Assembly: GCA_002010065.2 (NCBI GenBank)
Contig: MTMD02000006.1
Coordinates: 15,133-79,132, forward strand
Source: Candidatus Pyrohabitans jungbluthii
Lineage (GTDB): Archaea; Hydrothermarchaeota; Hydrothermarchaeia; Hydrothermarchaeales; BMS3B
Length of the DNA stretch: 64,000 nucleotides
Direction of reading: 5' to 3'
Notes under the pieces: generated by a model
The model's input: the letters and a program-made list of their open reading frames with translations, nothing else
What the model was told of the DNA's origin: nothing
The model's database searches: none
Part shown: positions 48,096 through 57,772 of the stretch, piece by piece
Layout: each line of letters begins with the position of its first letter
Numbering within the stretch: the stretch's first letter is position 1
Position numbers and translations under genes: made by a program

Positions 48096-49844
48096 ATGCC
48101 TTCAGTAAGAGACCTCTTTCTTAGGATCGGACTTCATGACACCGCATCTGGGAAGATGTTGAAAATAATGAAAAGTTCTGATGCAGTGCATAAACAATTC
48201 CAGAAAGTGGGTAGTAGCGCGGAAAAATTAGGCAAGCAAATGGGGAGTGTAGCTAAATTCTTTAGAGAAATGGATACAATTGAAAAAGACATTATTAGAG
48301 TATCTCAGCAACATAATAGGGCAGTCAAAAAGCTTGCCCAAGCTTATATAAATCTAAAATGGAAAGTTAAACAGTATAAAAGGGAGGTATTAGCACCAGA
48401 ACTTAGAAAGGTAGGGCGGTTTGCAAGGGAACATGCGCAACAACTAAAAGCAATGGGAGTTGCAGCTACCGCTACTATGAGTGGGCTACTCTGGAAGGCA
48501 CAAACGTACGAGAAATCTTTAGCAACTCTGCGGGCGCTCACTGCTGATAATGCAGAAGAGTATGAATATTATCTATCTTTGATTGAAAAAAATAAGGGAG
48601 GGCTTTTTTCGAAGTCTGATATCGCAGCAACTCTCGCCTATGCTAAGGCCAACCGTCTCACCAGAGAAGAACTTGAGACCCTTCTTCCCTATGCAAAATC
48701 TGCTGCAGCAATGTTTGGTGAGGACTTACAACTTGCCTTCATTGCCATGGTAAGGGCGATGAAATATGGAGAGGCGGAACTTGCAGAGAGAATCGGATTA
48801 CAGCTAAGAGAGAACGCAGTCAACCACATCGCCCTTAAACTCTATGGCAAAAGGCTGTCACAACTTAATGCAGAGCAGAAGCAAAGGGTCATAATGCTTG
48901 CAATCCAGGAGCAGATGGCAGATAAGTTAGGGAAGGAAAATGAGATAATGAAGGAAAACATCGGTAAGATGATGGCCGCACGTGCAGCGATAGATGACCT
49001 CTCTACTGAACTTGGGAAAACCTTATATCCAGCTGTAGGTAAAGCTGCTTCTATTCTTGCACAGCTCCTGCGCACTCTTGATAAAGTGCCATTGCTAAAA
49101 GAGTTCGCCGCAGCGGGGCTTATATTAGCCTCTGCGTTGGGCGCTCTAGGCATCATTGCGGGTCCAGTTAGCACCGCCTTGGGCGTTCTAGGCATCAAAG
49201 CTTTTTGGGCTTCAGTTCAGACGAACGGGCTAACTGTAGCTCTTAAAACTAATCGAATTGTCATGCTTGCATCTACAGCGGCTACGTTTATCTACTCTAA
49301 AGCCCTAAGTGCCGCCAATATCGCAACCAAATTATTTGGCGGCGCTCTGAATTTGCTGAGAGTTGCTGCTATTGGTTTGTGGACAGCTTTAGGACCAATT
49401 GGTATCGGGCTACTGGCATTAGGAGCAATTCTAACAACACTGTGGTTTAAGTCAGATAAATTCAGAGCCATAGTAACCTCATTGGCCAGAGGATTGAGAG
49501 AATATTTGGGCAAAGCTGCTGAATGGGTAAGCTCTAAGATTCAGTGGTTGATTGATGTTCTTACAAACGCTTATGAGAGAATCAAACCATTTATCAGAAT
49601 AGCAAGCTATCTCATGCCAGGGATAGGCGGGGTGAAATTGGCAAGGGAACTCGCAGCTGGCGGATTGGTTCCCTCGCCGAGAGAGCTGGTAGCTTCCACC
49701 ACGACAGTGACCAGGACAACCACAGTGAACCAGAGAAAAATAGAGATCAAGCCTGGTGCGGTGGTCATCAAAGGCGTAAGCGATCCCGAGAAAGCAGCGG
49801 ATTTAGCCATAAAGAAGATACAGAGACTCCTCGCATATAGCTAG
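48096..49844 (+). CDS. Tape measure protein
   Basis: Ala/Gly-rich and helical, GEAELAERIG, LWFKSDKFRAIV; position. Confidence 0.85.
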   Translation: MPSVRDLFLRIGLHDTASGKMLKIMKSSDAVHKQFQKVGSSAEKLGKQMGSVAKFFREMDTIEKDIIRVSQQHNRAVKKLAQAYINLKWKVKQYKREVLAPELRKVGRFAREHAQQLKAMGVAATATMSGLLWKAQTYEKSLATLRALTADNAEEYEYYLSLIEKNKGGLFSKSDIAATLAYAKANRLTREELETLLPYAKSAAAMFGEDLQLAFIAMVRAMKYGEAELAERIGLQLRENAVNHIALKLYGKRLSQLNAEQKQRVIMLAIQEQMADKLGKENEIMKENIGKMMAARAAIDDLSTELGKTLYPAVGKAASILAQLLRTLDKVPLLKEFAAAGLILASALGALGIIAGPVSTALGVLGIKAFWASVQTNGLTVALKTNRIVMLASTAATFIYSKALSAANIATKLFGGALNLLRVAAIGLWTALGPIGIGLLALGAILTTLWFKSDKFRAIVTSLARGLREYLGKAAEWVSSKIQWLIDVLTNAYERIKPFIRIASYLMPGIGGVKLARELAAGGLVPSPRELVASTTTVTRTTTVNQRKIEIKPGAVVIKGVSDPEKAADLAIKKIQRLLAYS

Positions 49845-49863
49845 ATATTTCACGGGAAATTTT

Positions 49864-49880
49864 CTGACTTCGATTTATAA
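49864..49880 (+). promoter_or_regulatory. Late promoter motif, copy 8
   Basis: CTGACTTCGATTTATAA, 43 nt before ATG 49907. Confidence 0.75.
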
Positions 49881-49906
49881 CCTCCCGTCTCTCTGATTTT
49901 TTTATC

Positions 49907-50437
49907 ATGCCAGAGATCATAAAGCTCGGCGGCGTGGAACTCACGGCCACGCAGGTCCTCGACCTCAGCCAAAGCGCACAGGTACCAGAACACCGCACTG
50001 AGCGCCAGTTCTCAGTAGCAGATCACATCATTCTCGAGCCGAAGGAGTTCTCTATTTCTGTCATGCTCTTTAAGGATAGCAAGGAACTTGAAGCGCTCAG
50101 GAAGCTCTACGAGTCCAAGCAGCTGGTGAGGTTTGAATCAGAGCTGGAAGACCTCGACGATATGGTGATTACCAGCTTTGACCTCTCGCCGGCGGGAGTA
50201 AACGCATACAAAGCAGAGATCCGCATCAAGCAGATCAGGCGAGCAGAGCTCAAGACTCGAGTGGTCAAATTTGAGGACCCAGCCACGAGTGCGGAGATAG
50301 AAACAGGAGAAGAGCCTCCTGGAGGCGATACAGCCGTATCTCCTAAAGAGATCTCATACCAAAACAAGCCGCAGAAAGAGCAGGGGAAGAACTGGCTTGA
50401 GAGTCTAATCTCATGGGTGGGTGGTCTCTTTGCCTGA
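49907..50437 (+). CDS. Tail tube initiator/Dit-like baseplate protein
   Basis: PEH.TE....VADH...EP, DMVITS, I.IKQIR. Confidence 0.7.
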   Translation: MPEIIKLGGVELTATQVLDLSQSAQVPEHRTERQFSVADHIILEPKEFSISVMLFKDSKELEALRKLYESKQLVRFESELEDLDDMVITSFDLSPAGVNAYKAEIRIKQIRRAELKTRVVKFEDPATSAEIETGEEPPGGDTAVSPKEISYQNKPQKEQGKNWLESLISWVGGLFA

Positions 50438-50720
50438 TGGAGTCCTGCCATTCGAATCTAACTTAGGGTTGCCGCAGAAGCAGCGGGTGAAGATAGCAGA
50501 CAAAGCCTACCAGCTCTATTATTCTTGGAACTCCCTAGGCGAATTTGTCAGGCTTAAAATCGTCAGAGTAGAGGACGGCGCGGTTGTATTCAACTCCAAG
50601 CTGGTGGAGCTCAATCCCTACGAAGTGAGAGACCCTCAGAACTACGAGCTGCTCTTTACCCTTATGCCATACTCGCTGAGCAAGGAGAACGTCGAGGCAT
50701 GGGTGTTCTGGGATGAATAG
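50421..50720 (+). CDS. Small baseplate protein (plug-like)
   Basis: Q...I....Y.L...WN pattern and position. Confidence 0.55.
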   Translation: MVSLPDGVLPFESNLGLPQKQRVKIADKAYQLYYSWNSLGEFVRLKIVRVEDGAVVFNSKLVELNPYEVRDPQNYELLFTLMPYSLSKENVEAWVFWDE

Positions 50721-51525
50721 CACTTTCTGGAACCGCTACATAGCTATTGAAGTTGGCGACGTGGTAATCACCAGCGAGCAGCTTGACATAGAGTTCGTGG
50801 TAGAGAACAGCACCGGCGAGGAGGCAGGCTCTGCCGAGATAACCATCTACAACTTGGCTGAGACTACGAAACAGAAGCTGAAGCCAAGCGAGCGGATCAC
50901 ACTGAAGGCGGGGTATGCAGAGGACTACGGCATCATTTTCTCCGGAGTGATCAAAGAAGTAGTGGACGAGCTCAAGGGCGCAGATGTGGCAACTCAGATA
51001 TTTGCCCAGGACGACACCGCCAATCTCCTTACAACAGAGGTAAAGCTCACCGTTCCCAGGGGCACAACTTTTGAGGAGGTCGTGGAGAAGCTCTTCGAGT
51101 TTGCAGGCGTGCCAGTGGGTAGGGTGGAGCACATAGGGCTAAAGTTCACCCAAACATGGACCTCGGGGAAAAAGAGCATATCGGAGCTGCTCAGCTACCT
51201 AGCTAAAGAGATAGAGGAGCTAAGCGGGAAGAGGTTTAAACACTACGTCAAGAACGGCATGGGTTTCTTCGTTGAGGAGAACACGAGGCATGAGGAAGCT
51301 TTCATACTCACGGCTGAGACCGGCTTGCTGGAAGTTCAGAAGATCAGAAAGGAGAATGGTGAAGCGGACTACAGGCTAAGGACCCTGATGCTCTGGAAGA
51401 TCATGCAGGATTCAATCATTGATCTGGACAGCATAAAGGCGACGGGGCTATTCAGAGTGGTGAGCTACAGGAAAATAGCACGTGGGGAGGAGTACTACTG
51501 CGAACTCGAGGTGAAGGCGGTATGA
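50713..51525 (+). CDS. Baseplate hub protein
   Basis: AEITIYNL, L.AGY...G.IFSG, L.AETGLL. Confidence 0.75.
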   Translation: MNSTFWNRYIAIEVGDVVITSEQLDIEFVVENSTGEEAGSAEITIYNLAETTKQKLKPSERITLKAGYAEDYGIIFSGVIKEVVDELKGADVATQIFAQDDTANLLTTEVKLTVPRGTTFEEVVEKLFEFAGVPVGRVEHIGLKFTQTWTSGKKSISELLSYLAKEIEELSGKRFKHYVKNGMGFFVEENTRHEEAFILTAETGLLEVQKIRKENGEADYRLRTLMLWKIMQDSIIDLDSIKATGLFRVVSYRKIARGEEYYCELEVKAV

Positions 51526-51839
51526 TCCCAAAGCTCATCGATGAAAGGATAGAGAGGAAGCTCAGGGGCATATACACGGCCTGCACCGCAGTGGTTACTC
51601 TTGTAAGTGGCAACTCATGCAACCTTCGCCTTGAGGACGGCGAGGATACCGAGCTCTTCGACGTGCCCTTCACCGAGAACCTCAAATACCTCCACGACCA
51701 CGATGCCCAGGGCGCGGTAATCAGCAAAGCTCTTCGAGAAGGGGACAGGGTGCTCGTTGTCTTCTCGAAGTATCCCCTCACAGGAAAATCGGCTCGCAGA
51801 TTTGACATTAACGACGCCATAGTGGTGGCTAAGCTCTGA
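51522..51839 (+). CDS. Short spike-like (gp138/gpV N-terminal OB-fold) protein
   Basis: LFDVPF...L.EGD.VLVVFS...RRFDINDAI. Confidence 0.65.
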   Translation: MIPKLIDERIERKLRGIYTACTAVVTLVSGNSCNLRLEDGEDTELFDVPFTENLKYLHDHDAQGAVISKALREGDRVLVVFSKYPLTGKSARRFDINDAIVVAKL

Positions 51840-51853
51840 CTTTGGTTTATAAA
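51836..51853 (+). promoter_or_regulatory. Late promoter motif, copy 9
   Basis: CTGACTTTGGTTTATAAA, overlaps the upstream TGA, 42 nt before ATG 51878. Confidence 0.8.
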
Positions 51854-51877
51854 GTCCACGCATGCTGATTTCTCATC

Positions 51878-52243
51878 ATGAGTTATGGCACTACTCTGGA
51901 GCTCGACGCTTCTGGCGACGTAACTATCACGGAGCTGAACACCCTCGGCATGGTCACAGGCGTTGAAAAAGTCAAGCAGGACTTGAGGGTGCTCCTCAAG
52001 ACCGTCAAGGGCGAGCACCCCGAGAACCCGGACTTCGGCGTGGACTGGCTCAGAATCAAGCAAAGTGGCATGAAGGAGCGCGTCATCAAAGCTGAGCTTA
52101 CCAGGGCGCTCAAGCTCTACCCCTGGCTCAAATCTGTTGATGAAATCACAATAGGCAGCCTCGACGAGAACAGGACGCTGAGCATCTCTGTGAAAGTGAC
52201 TCTCACGAGTGGGGAGCAGGTCACGGCGGAGGTGCAGGCGTAA
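51878..52243 (+). CDS. Baseplate wedge/sheath initiator (gp25-like)
   Basis: Q.L...L.T.KGE......FGVDW. Confidence 0.75.
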   Translation: MSYGTTLELDASGDVTITELNTLGMVTGVEKVKQDLRVLLKTVKGEHPENPDFGVDWLRIKQSGMKERVIKAELTRALKLYPWLKSVDEITIGSLDENRTLSISVKVTLTSGEQVTAEVQA

Positions 52244-53452
52244 ATGGCAGGCGTAGATTCTAACGGCTTCACTCTCAAGACCTACAATGAGATTATCGCC
52301 GACATGGAGGCAAGGGCGAAGAACGAGTATGGCTTGGACATAGACCTCTCCGACTCCTCCCCGCTGAGCAAGTTTCTAAGGGACATAGCCCAAGAATTGG
52401 CATCGTTCTGGCAGATAATGGAGGATGTATATTACAGCGGTTATCTCGACACTGCAACTGGCGTAAACCTTGACCGTGTTGTTGCCTTAATTGGATTGAC
52501 AAGAAAGCAGGCTACTAAAGCCACGGGTACGGTAACCTTCTCCCGCTCTACCCCTGCGAGTAGCGATATTCTCATACCTGCAGGAACACGGGTAAGCACA
52601 GCAGGAGACAACCCAGTCTATTTCAAAACTACTGACCCGGTGACCCTCACAGCGGGGAGCACCTCCGTAGACGCACCAATCGAGGCAGTGGAAGCAGGGG
52701 CAGCGGGAAACGTCGCCGCTAACACAATCACAGTCATAGTTGACCCAGTAAGCGGGATAGAAAGCGTGAACAACGCCAGTGCAACTTCTGGAGGGCAGGA
52801 CACAGAGAGCGACGCAGCTTTCCGCACAAGGGTAAAGCAAAGCCTAAGCATCTCTGGCAACGCTACCCTGGACGCTATTCGCGCTGAGGTGCTGAAGGTC
52901 AACGGGGTAACAGCATGCTCAATTGAGGAGAACGACACCACACAGGACAACACAGGCACAGGGGGCTTGCCTCCAAAATCCTTCAGAGTAACCGTCCTCG
53001 GAGGCGATGATAACGACATCGCGCAAGCAATCTTCGACTCCAAGCCTGCTGGAATTCAGGCTTATGGCTCTGTTTCTGGAATCGCCGTTGCGGACGACGG
53101 CGCGCAGTATACGATAAACTTCGAGCGCCCTGAGCAGGTGACAATCTACGTTGACGTGCAGGTCACGAAGGACAGCACCTATCCAGCGGACGGCGATACT
53201 CAGGTACAGACCGCCGTAATCGACTACATCGGGGGAGTCGATGCCAACGGTGATACTCATATCGGACTCGGGATAGGCGAGGATGTAATCTACGCAAAGG
53301 TTGTTGCAGCCGTCATGAGCATCCAGGGCGTGGTGGATGCAACCGTAAAGATAGACACCACCTCGCCACCTGCTGGCACGAGTAACATTTCCATAGGCGC
53401 GACTCAGGTGGCACGCGCCTCCACAACCTCGGTGACGGTGACGAGTGCATGA
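52244..53452 (+). CDS. Baseplate J-like wedge protein
   Basis: ATGVNLD, AGAAGN, GG.DTESD..FR.R, KPAGI. Confidence 0.92.
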   Translation: MAGVDSNGFTLKTYNEIIADMEARAKNEYGLDIDLSDSSPLSKFLRDIAQELASFWQIMEDVYYSGYLDTATGVNLDRVVALIGLTRKQATKATGTVTFSRSTPASSDILIPAGTRVSTAGDNPVYFKTTDPVTLTAGSTSVDAPIEAVEAGAAGNVAANTITVIVDPVSGIESVNNASATSGGQDTESDAAFRTRVKQSLSISGNATLDAIRAEVLKVNGVTACSIEENDTTQDNTGTGGLPPKSFRVTVLGGDDNDIAQAIFDSKPAGIQAYGSVSGIAVADDGAQYTINFERPEQVTIYVDVQVTKDSTYPADGDTQVQTAVIDYIGGVDANGDTHIGLGIGEDVIYAKVVAAVMSIQGVVDATVKIDTTSPPAGTSNISIGATQVARASTTSVTVTSA

Positions 53453-54051
53453 GCGTGATAGATAGGCTTGTCAAAAGGCTCTCAAGCGCATACCGTCGAG
53501 AGCAGGGCAGCAACAACTACAAGCTGCTCTCCATCCCAGCCCAAGAGCTCGACCAGATAGAGGCAGAGCTCCAGAACATCCTCAACGCCCACCACGTGGA
53601 TTACGCCACTGGGAAGAACCTCGACAACCTGGGCAAGCTTTTCAATTGTAAACGTCTGACAGGCGAGAGCGATGCCCACTACCGCGCGAGGCTCAAGACA
53701 CAGATGCAGAGATACACCTCCAGCGCGACGATAAACAATGTTAAGCAGGTTGTGGCAACAATCCTTGGCAAGCCTACCTCCCGCGTGAAGGTCACTGAGG
53801 ATTTCAGCGGAGGAAAATATGCGCACTTCGACGTTTGGGTCTGGCTTCAAGACCTCAATGACGCTGGAATAACGGTGCAAGACCTGAAGGACTTAATCAG
53901 CGAGATAAAGGGCGTGGGAATAAGCGTCGAGACATACCAGCAGGGCACTTTCACATACCGCTCTGCTGCTGAGACATCAGACCCGGCTAAAGGTTATAAT
54001 GATTTGTTAAACTCGAACCCCGACGCGGGGACTTATGCAGGACTGTTGTGA
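53449..54051 (+). CDS. Baseplate wedge protein (gpI-like)
   Basis: ATGKNLD.LG....R..GESD..YR.RL. Confidence 0.75.
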   Translation: MSVIDRLVKRLSSAYRREQGSNNYKLLSIPAQELDQIEAELQNILNAHHVDYATGKNLDNLGKLFNCKRLTGESDAHYRARLKTQMQRYTSSATINNVKQVVATILGKPTSRVKVTEDFSGGKYAHFDVWVWLQDLNDAGITVQDLKDLISEIKGVGISVETYQQGTFTYRSAAETSDPAKGYNDLLNSNPDAGTYAGLL

Positions 54052-54060
54052 GGTGAGATA

Positions 54061-54612
54061 ATGGCTATCACACAGAAGACCAGATGGGACGACACGGGGC
54101 AAGAACCTCCTGCGGGCTCGGCAAAATACGTAGCGGGCGAGCAGCCCATAGCAGAATATGACAACTGGTTCAATTATAGCACTGCTAAAGATATTGAGAG
54201 CTTGAACAAAGAACTCTCTGGAAGAATTCTCAGCAAAGGCAACACCACTTCTGCAACAGTAACAGAAACCACGCTGACACTCAAACAAGAGGTGCTCCCG
54301 GATAACGATTTCATCTCATTTGTGCATTCAATACACGTGATAGCAAATAACCCCGCTGGTTCTGGTAGCACCCTCTATTTCATGCTAAGAGCCCTGCTGA
54401 GCGATGGAGTCACAGAGGTTGACCTGCTGGATGCAGAAGAAAGCGTAGCAGAAGGGGCAAGCTTTGATGACTGGCTGCTTGACATCATTGAAAAAGTCAA
54501 TACGAATGAGAAAATCATGGCGATAAGACTCTACGCATACTGTTCAGTGGCTCCTGCTGCGGGATACGAACCTACTGTGCAAATCGAAAAAGTAACGGGG
54601 GTGCAGAACTAA
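54061..54612 (+). CDS. Tail fibre attachment/proximal fibre protein
   Basis: W...G.EPP.......GEQP.AEYDNW; follows the baseplate genes. Confidence 0.6.
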   Translation: MAITQKTRWDDTGQEPPAGSAKYVAGEQPIAEYDNWFNYSTAKDIESLNKELSGRILSKGNTTSATVTETTLTLKQEVLPDNDFISFVHSIHVIANNPAGSGSTLYFMLRALLSDGVTEVDLLDAEESVAEGASFDDWLLDIIEKVNTNEKIMAIRLYAYCSVAPAAGYEPTVQIEKVTGVQN

Positions 54613-55389
54613 ATGTCAAGGTGGTTAAATAAATCAATCTGGGATTTGATAAAATCGAAATTAGGTGCTGAAGGCTCATTAAACGCAAAATACGACAGCG
54701 ATTTGGATGGAATCGTTGAAATGGCAGATGACGCCGATACTGTGGACGGCATGCAAGGGGATTATATCCGTGACTGGAACAACCTGCTGAACAAGCCGAG
54801 CACATTCCCGCCTGATGCCCATAGCCATACCAAGAGCGAGATAACAGACTTTGCACATACCCACGTAAAAAGCGAGATTACTGATTTTAGCCACACACAC
54901 CCGGGGAGTGATATAACTTCACAAGTTCCAGAGGCGGATATGCTTGACGGGAAGCATCTGAGCGATATTCTTGATTTGATTCCGCAAAGAGACAACAGCG
55001 GAGCAATAGTATACGAGAGTTCCCCCTCTCTGATAAACGATACGACATCACAAAACTCTACAACATCAACAACATGGGTGGATTTGTATTCAAAGACATT
55101 TACAAAGCTGGACAAACACACTTGGATTAAAATCTACTGGGAACAAGCACAAGGAAGCACGGCAAGCCCAGGCGGAAAGACGCGGGTGAAAGTGACGGAC
55201 GGCGTGACGACTCTGTACACTGCCGAATTCACACTCTCAACAACTACATGGACGGGTAGAACCGACTACCTCAGAATCAAATCATTACAGAATGGTACAA
55301 TAACTGTGACTGTCCAAGGACTCTACCAATACTCAGAAACATTCGCAAGGTATCTAAAAGTTTACCGCAACCTGACCGAAGCGGATTAA
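54613..55389 (+). CDS. Tail fibre protein with HxH repeats
   Basis: ADTVDG, NKPSTFPP, 12-aa HxH-xKSEITDF repeats, ADMLDG. Confidence 0.8.
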   Translation: MSRWLNKSIWDLIKSKLGAEGSLNAKYDSDLDGIVEMADDADTVDGMQGDYIRDWNNLLNKPSTFPPDAHSHTKSEITDFAHTHVKSEITDFSHTHPGSDITSQVPEADMLDGKHLSDILDLIPQRDNSGAIVYESSPSLINDTTSQNSTTSTTWVDLYSKTFTKLDKHTWIKIYWEQAQGSTASPGGKTRVKVTDGVTTLYTAEFTLSTTTWTGRTDYLRIKSLQNGTITVTVQGLYQYSETFARYLKVYRNLTEAD

Positions 55390-55400
55390 GGTGCTTCACC

Positions 55401-57452
55401 ATGCCCTCCTGGAACCCTGTCCCCGCAACCGGAGCGCTGGAAGGCAAAATCCTTACCACCCGCCCAGTCGATACTCTCCAGGCGGAGCTCCAGGAGACTA
55501 AGGTCATAATCAGGGGCAGGGAGCGCAGGGGCTTCAAGCTCGTGCTCAGAGACGACCAGAACAGCGAGGGAGGGCTCTTCCGCTTTCATATCTCGCTGCT
55601 CAGGAACTTCGACGTGAAGCATCCCTTCATCGCGCTGAACGGGCAGGTGCTCCCTGCAAAGCTCGTGAACGGCGAGTGGATAGAGGTTGAGATACCTCAC
55701 TTCTCCACCCAGACGCTTGAAATCTTCAGCGGGAGCTACAGCGAGCGCTGGAATGATAAGACGAACGGGGACACCGTGACGCTGAGCCTCGCTAACGTGC
55801 ATAGTCCCACCAACGTGAAAGTAAGGGCTATTGGGCGCAAAGGCGCATGGACGATTGGAGGGGAGACGTTTCAGTGCCGCATGCCAGTGACGGTTGACAA
55901 CTCGCAAAACGCCTCAGCGCTCACAGACTATCAGGTCAAGGTGGTAGTGGACACCGCAAGTTTAATAGCAGCAGGGAAGATGAACGCGGACTGCAGCGAT
56001 GTGCGGTTCACGGACAGCGACGGCGCGACGAAAATACCGTATTACCTTGAGCCGGGCACAGAGAACACGGCGAGCACGGTGTTCTGGGTGAAAGTGCCGA
56101 GCATACCGGCGTCTGGGTCAACAACGATATACATGTACTACGGCAACCCGTCCGCAGTTTCAGAAAGCGACGCGGATGCCGTCTTCGAACTTTTTGATGA
56201 TTTCGAAGGTACAGATATCGACACAACAAAATGGACAGACATTCATGCCGGCTCACAAGTAACTTACTCAGTAGCAAATTCGAAGTTGTCAGTAACCATT
56301 TTGTCAGGAACATCAGGTCTTTATTTCTCAATGAGAACAATAAAACAATTTCCAAACGACATTGTTATACATGAAAAAATAGATAGCATAAGCATTGGCG
56401 ATGCAACCGATATCAAAATTGCAATTGGAACTGGAACAGGACTGATAACGGCAGATGGAGACTACGCTACTAACTTTGGAAACGGCTATGTAGCTAGTCT
56501 ACGTTATCGCAGTACTCTTACTCCTGCCTACAGTGCGCGATTGTTAAGGTTTGATGACGACACAGATTCTTGGACAACGTTGGCTGAAGTTGAACATCAG
56601 GCACAGGCAGGTGTTTACGAGTTTAGAAGGTTTGGTGGTGATTTAGAAGCACGTAAAGACAGTAGTTTGCTTACTTCTGCAACTGATAGCACATACATAG
56701 CAAACTTTTATATGAGGCATATATCGAGAGGAAGTTCAATCGAAGGAATAAGCTACGAGATAGACTATATTTTTATCCGCAAATACGCCGACCCCGAGCC
56801 TTCTACCAGCCTCGGCGCAGAGGAAGCCGCCGCGCTCAACACCCAAGGCGCCGCCGTGTCGGTCAATGGGAGCGCAGCGATTGACCTCATGTATGTGAAC
56901 GGCTCACCAGTCACCGAATTGTTAGATGGGCAAGCCGGGGACTGGATAGACATAGACCCCGCGTTATTGAACCAGGGCGACGGCGTCACGAACACACTCA
57001 CAATCAGCACAGCGAACAACTCCCGCGTGGACATAGAAATCATGATGGACTACAAGGACGACGTGGTTATCGAAACCTTCACCTTCAGCACGCCCAACGC
57101 TGGAATAGTCGGAGAGGTAAAGGACACCGAGATAACCATCTCGGCGGATACCTCCAGCCCGCGCTTCGATTTTGCGTTTTCCAAGCAAATCGACTCTGTG
57201 CAGGCTGTGAGATACGAACTCAACGATGCAGGCATAGTTAACCTCACGACCGACCCCACAGCACGACCCTACTATGCCACATCTGGAAATATCCTCACAG
57301 TCTACCCAGACGACCCGCTCCTGGCAGGAGACAAGATCAATATCCGCGCAGGCGTGAGCTTCCAGGTGAGTGAGAAGCCACCCATCTACACTTCCGCCCT
57401 CGACGTTGAGGTGGAGAAGAAAGAGGTAATCCTCGAGGTGAGGCTCTCATGA
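55401..57452 (+). CDS. DUF2341-domain adhesin/receptor-binding protein
   Basis: LTDYQV...D.SDVRFTD.DG...WVKVP.IP....IYMYYGN, FDDF, D.IFIRKY..PEP. Confidence 0.8.
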   Translation: MPSWNPVPATGALEGKILTTRPVDTLQAELQETKVIIRGRERRGFKLVLRDDQNSEGGLFRFHISLLRNFDVKHPFIALNGQVLPAKLVNGEWIEVEIPHFSTQTLEIFSGSYSERWNDKTNGDTVTLSLANVHSPTNVKVRAIGRKGAWTIGGETFQCRMPVTVDNSQNASALTDYQVKVVVDTASLIAAGKMNADCSDVRFTDSDGATKIPYYLEPGTENTASTVFWVKVPSIPASGSTTIYMYYGNPSAVSESDADAVFELFDDFEGTDIDTTKWTDIHAGSQVTYSVANSKLSVTILSGTSGLYFSMRTIKQFPNDIVIHEKIDSISIGDATDIKIAIGTGTGLITADGDYATNFGNGYVASLRYRSTLTPAYSARLLRFDDDTDSWTTLAEVEHQAQAGVYEFRRFGGDLEARKDSSLLTSATDSTYIANFYMRHISRGSSIEGISYEIDYIFIRKYADPEPSTSLGAEEAAALNTQGAAVSVNGSAAIDLMYVNGSPVTELLDGQAGDWIDIDPALLNQGDGVTNTLTISTANNSRVDIEIMMDYKDDVVIETFTFSTPNAGIVGEVKDTEITISADTSSPRFDFAFSKQIDSVQAVRYELNDAGIVNLTTDPTARPYYATSGNILTVYPDDPLLAGDKINIRAGVSFQVSEKPPIYTSALDVEVEKKEVILEVRLS

Positions 57453-57772
57453 CGGTTATAAGGATGAAGCGGAATGATACTCTCCCGAGCCTTGAAGCGA
57501 CATTAAAATACAGCGACGGCACTGCGATAGACCTCACCGGGGCGACGGTGAAGTTCTACATGGCAAAGCCTGATGGCACAGTGGTTATCAATGCTACAGC
57601 AACAATCGTAGACGCCACAGCCGGGAAAGTGCGCTATGAGTGGCAGGCAGGCGATTTAAGCGAGGAGGGTAGGTATAACGCAGAGTTTGAGGTTACTTTC
57701 CCGAACGGGGACGTTCTAACCGCGCCCTCGCAGGGATACTTTATCATAGAGGTGCAGAGGGATTTAGCTTGA
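57449..57772 (+). CDS. BppU-like Ig-fold tail protein
   Basis: DT.P.L...L...G..IDLTGATV.F...G.V.YEW...D....G.Y.AEF.V. Confidence 0.7.
   Translation: MTVIRMKRNDTLPSLEATLKYSDGTAIDLTGATVKFYMAKPDGTVVINATATIVDATAGKVRYEWQAGDLSEEGRYNAEFEVTFPNGDVLTAPSQGYFIIEVQRDLA

Noticed and set aside
43678-54051. Stand-alone contractile injection system or tailocin
   Set aside because: Capsid, portal, terminase, integrase and att sites are all present, so this is a provirus
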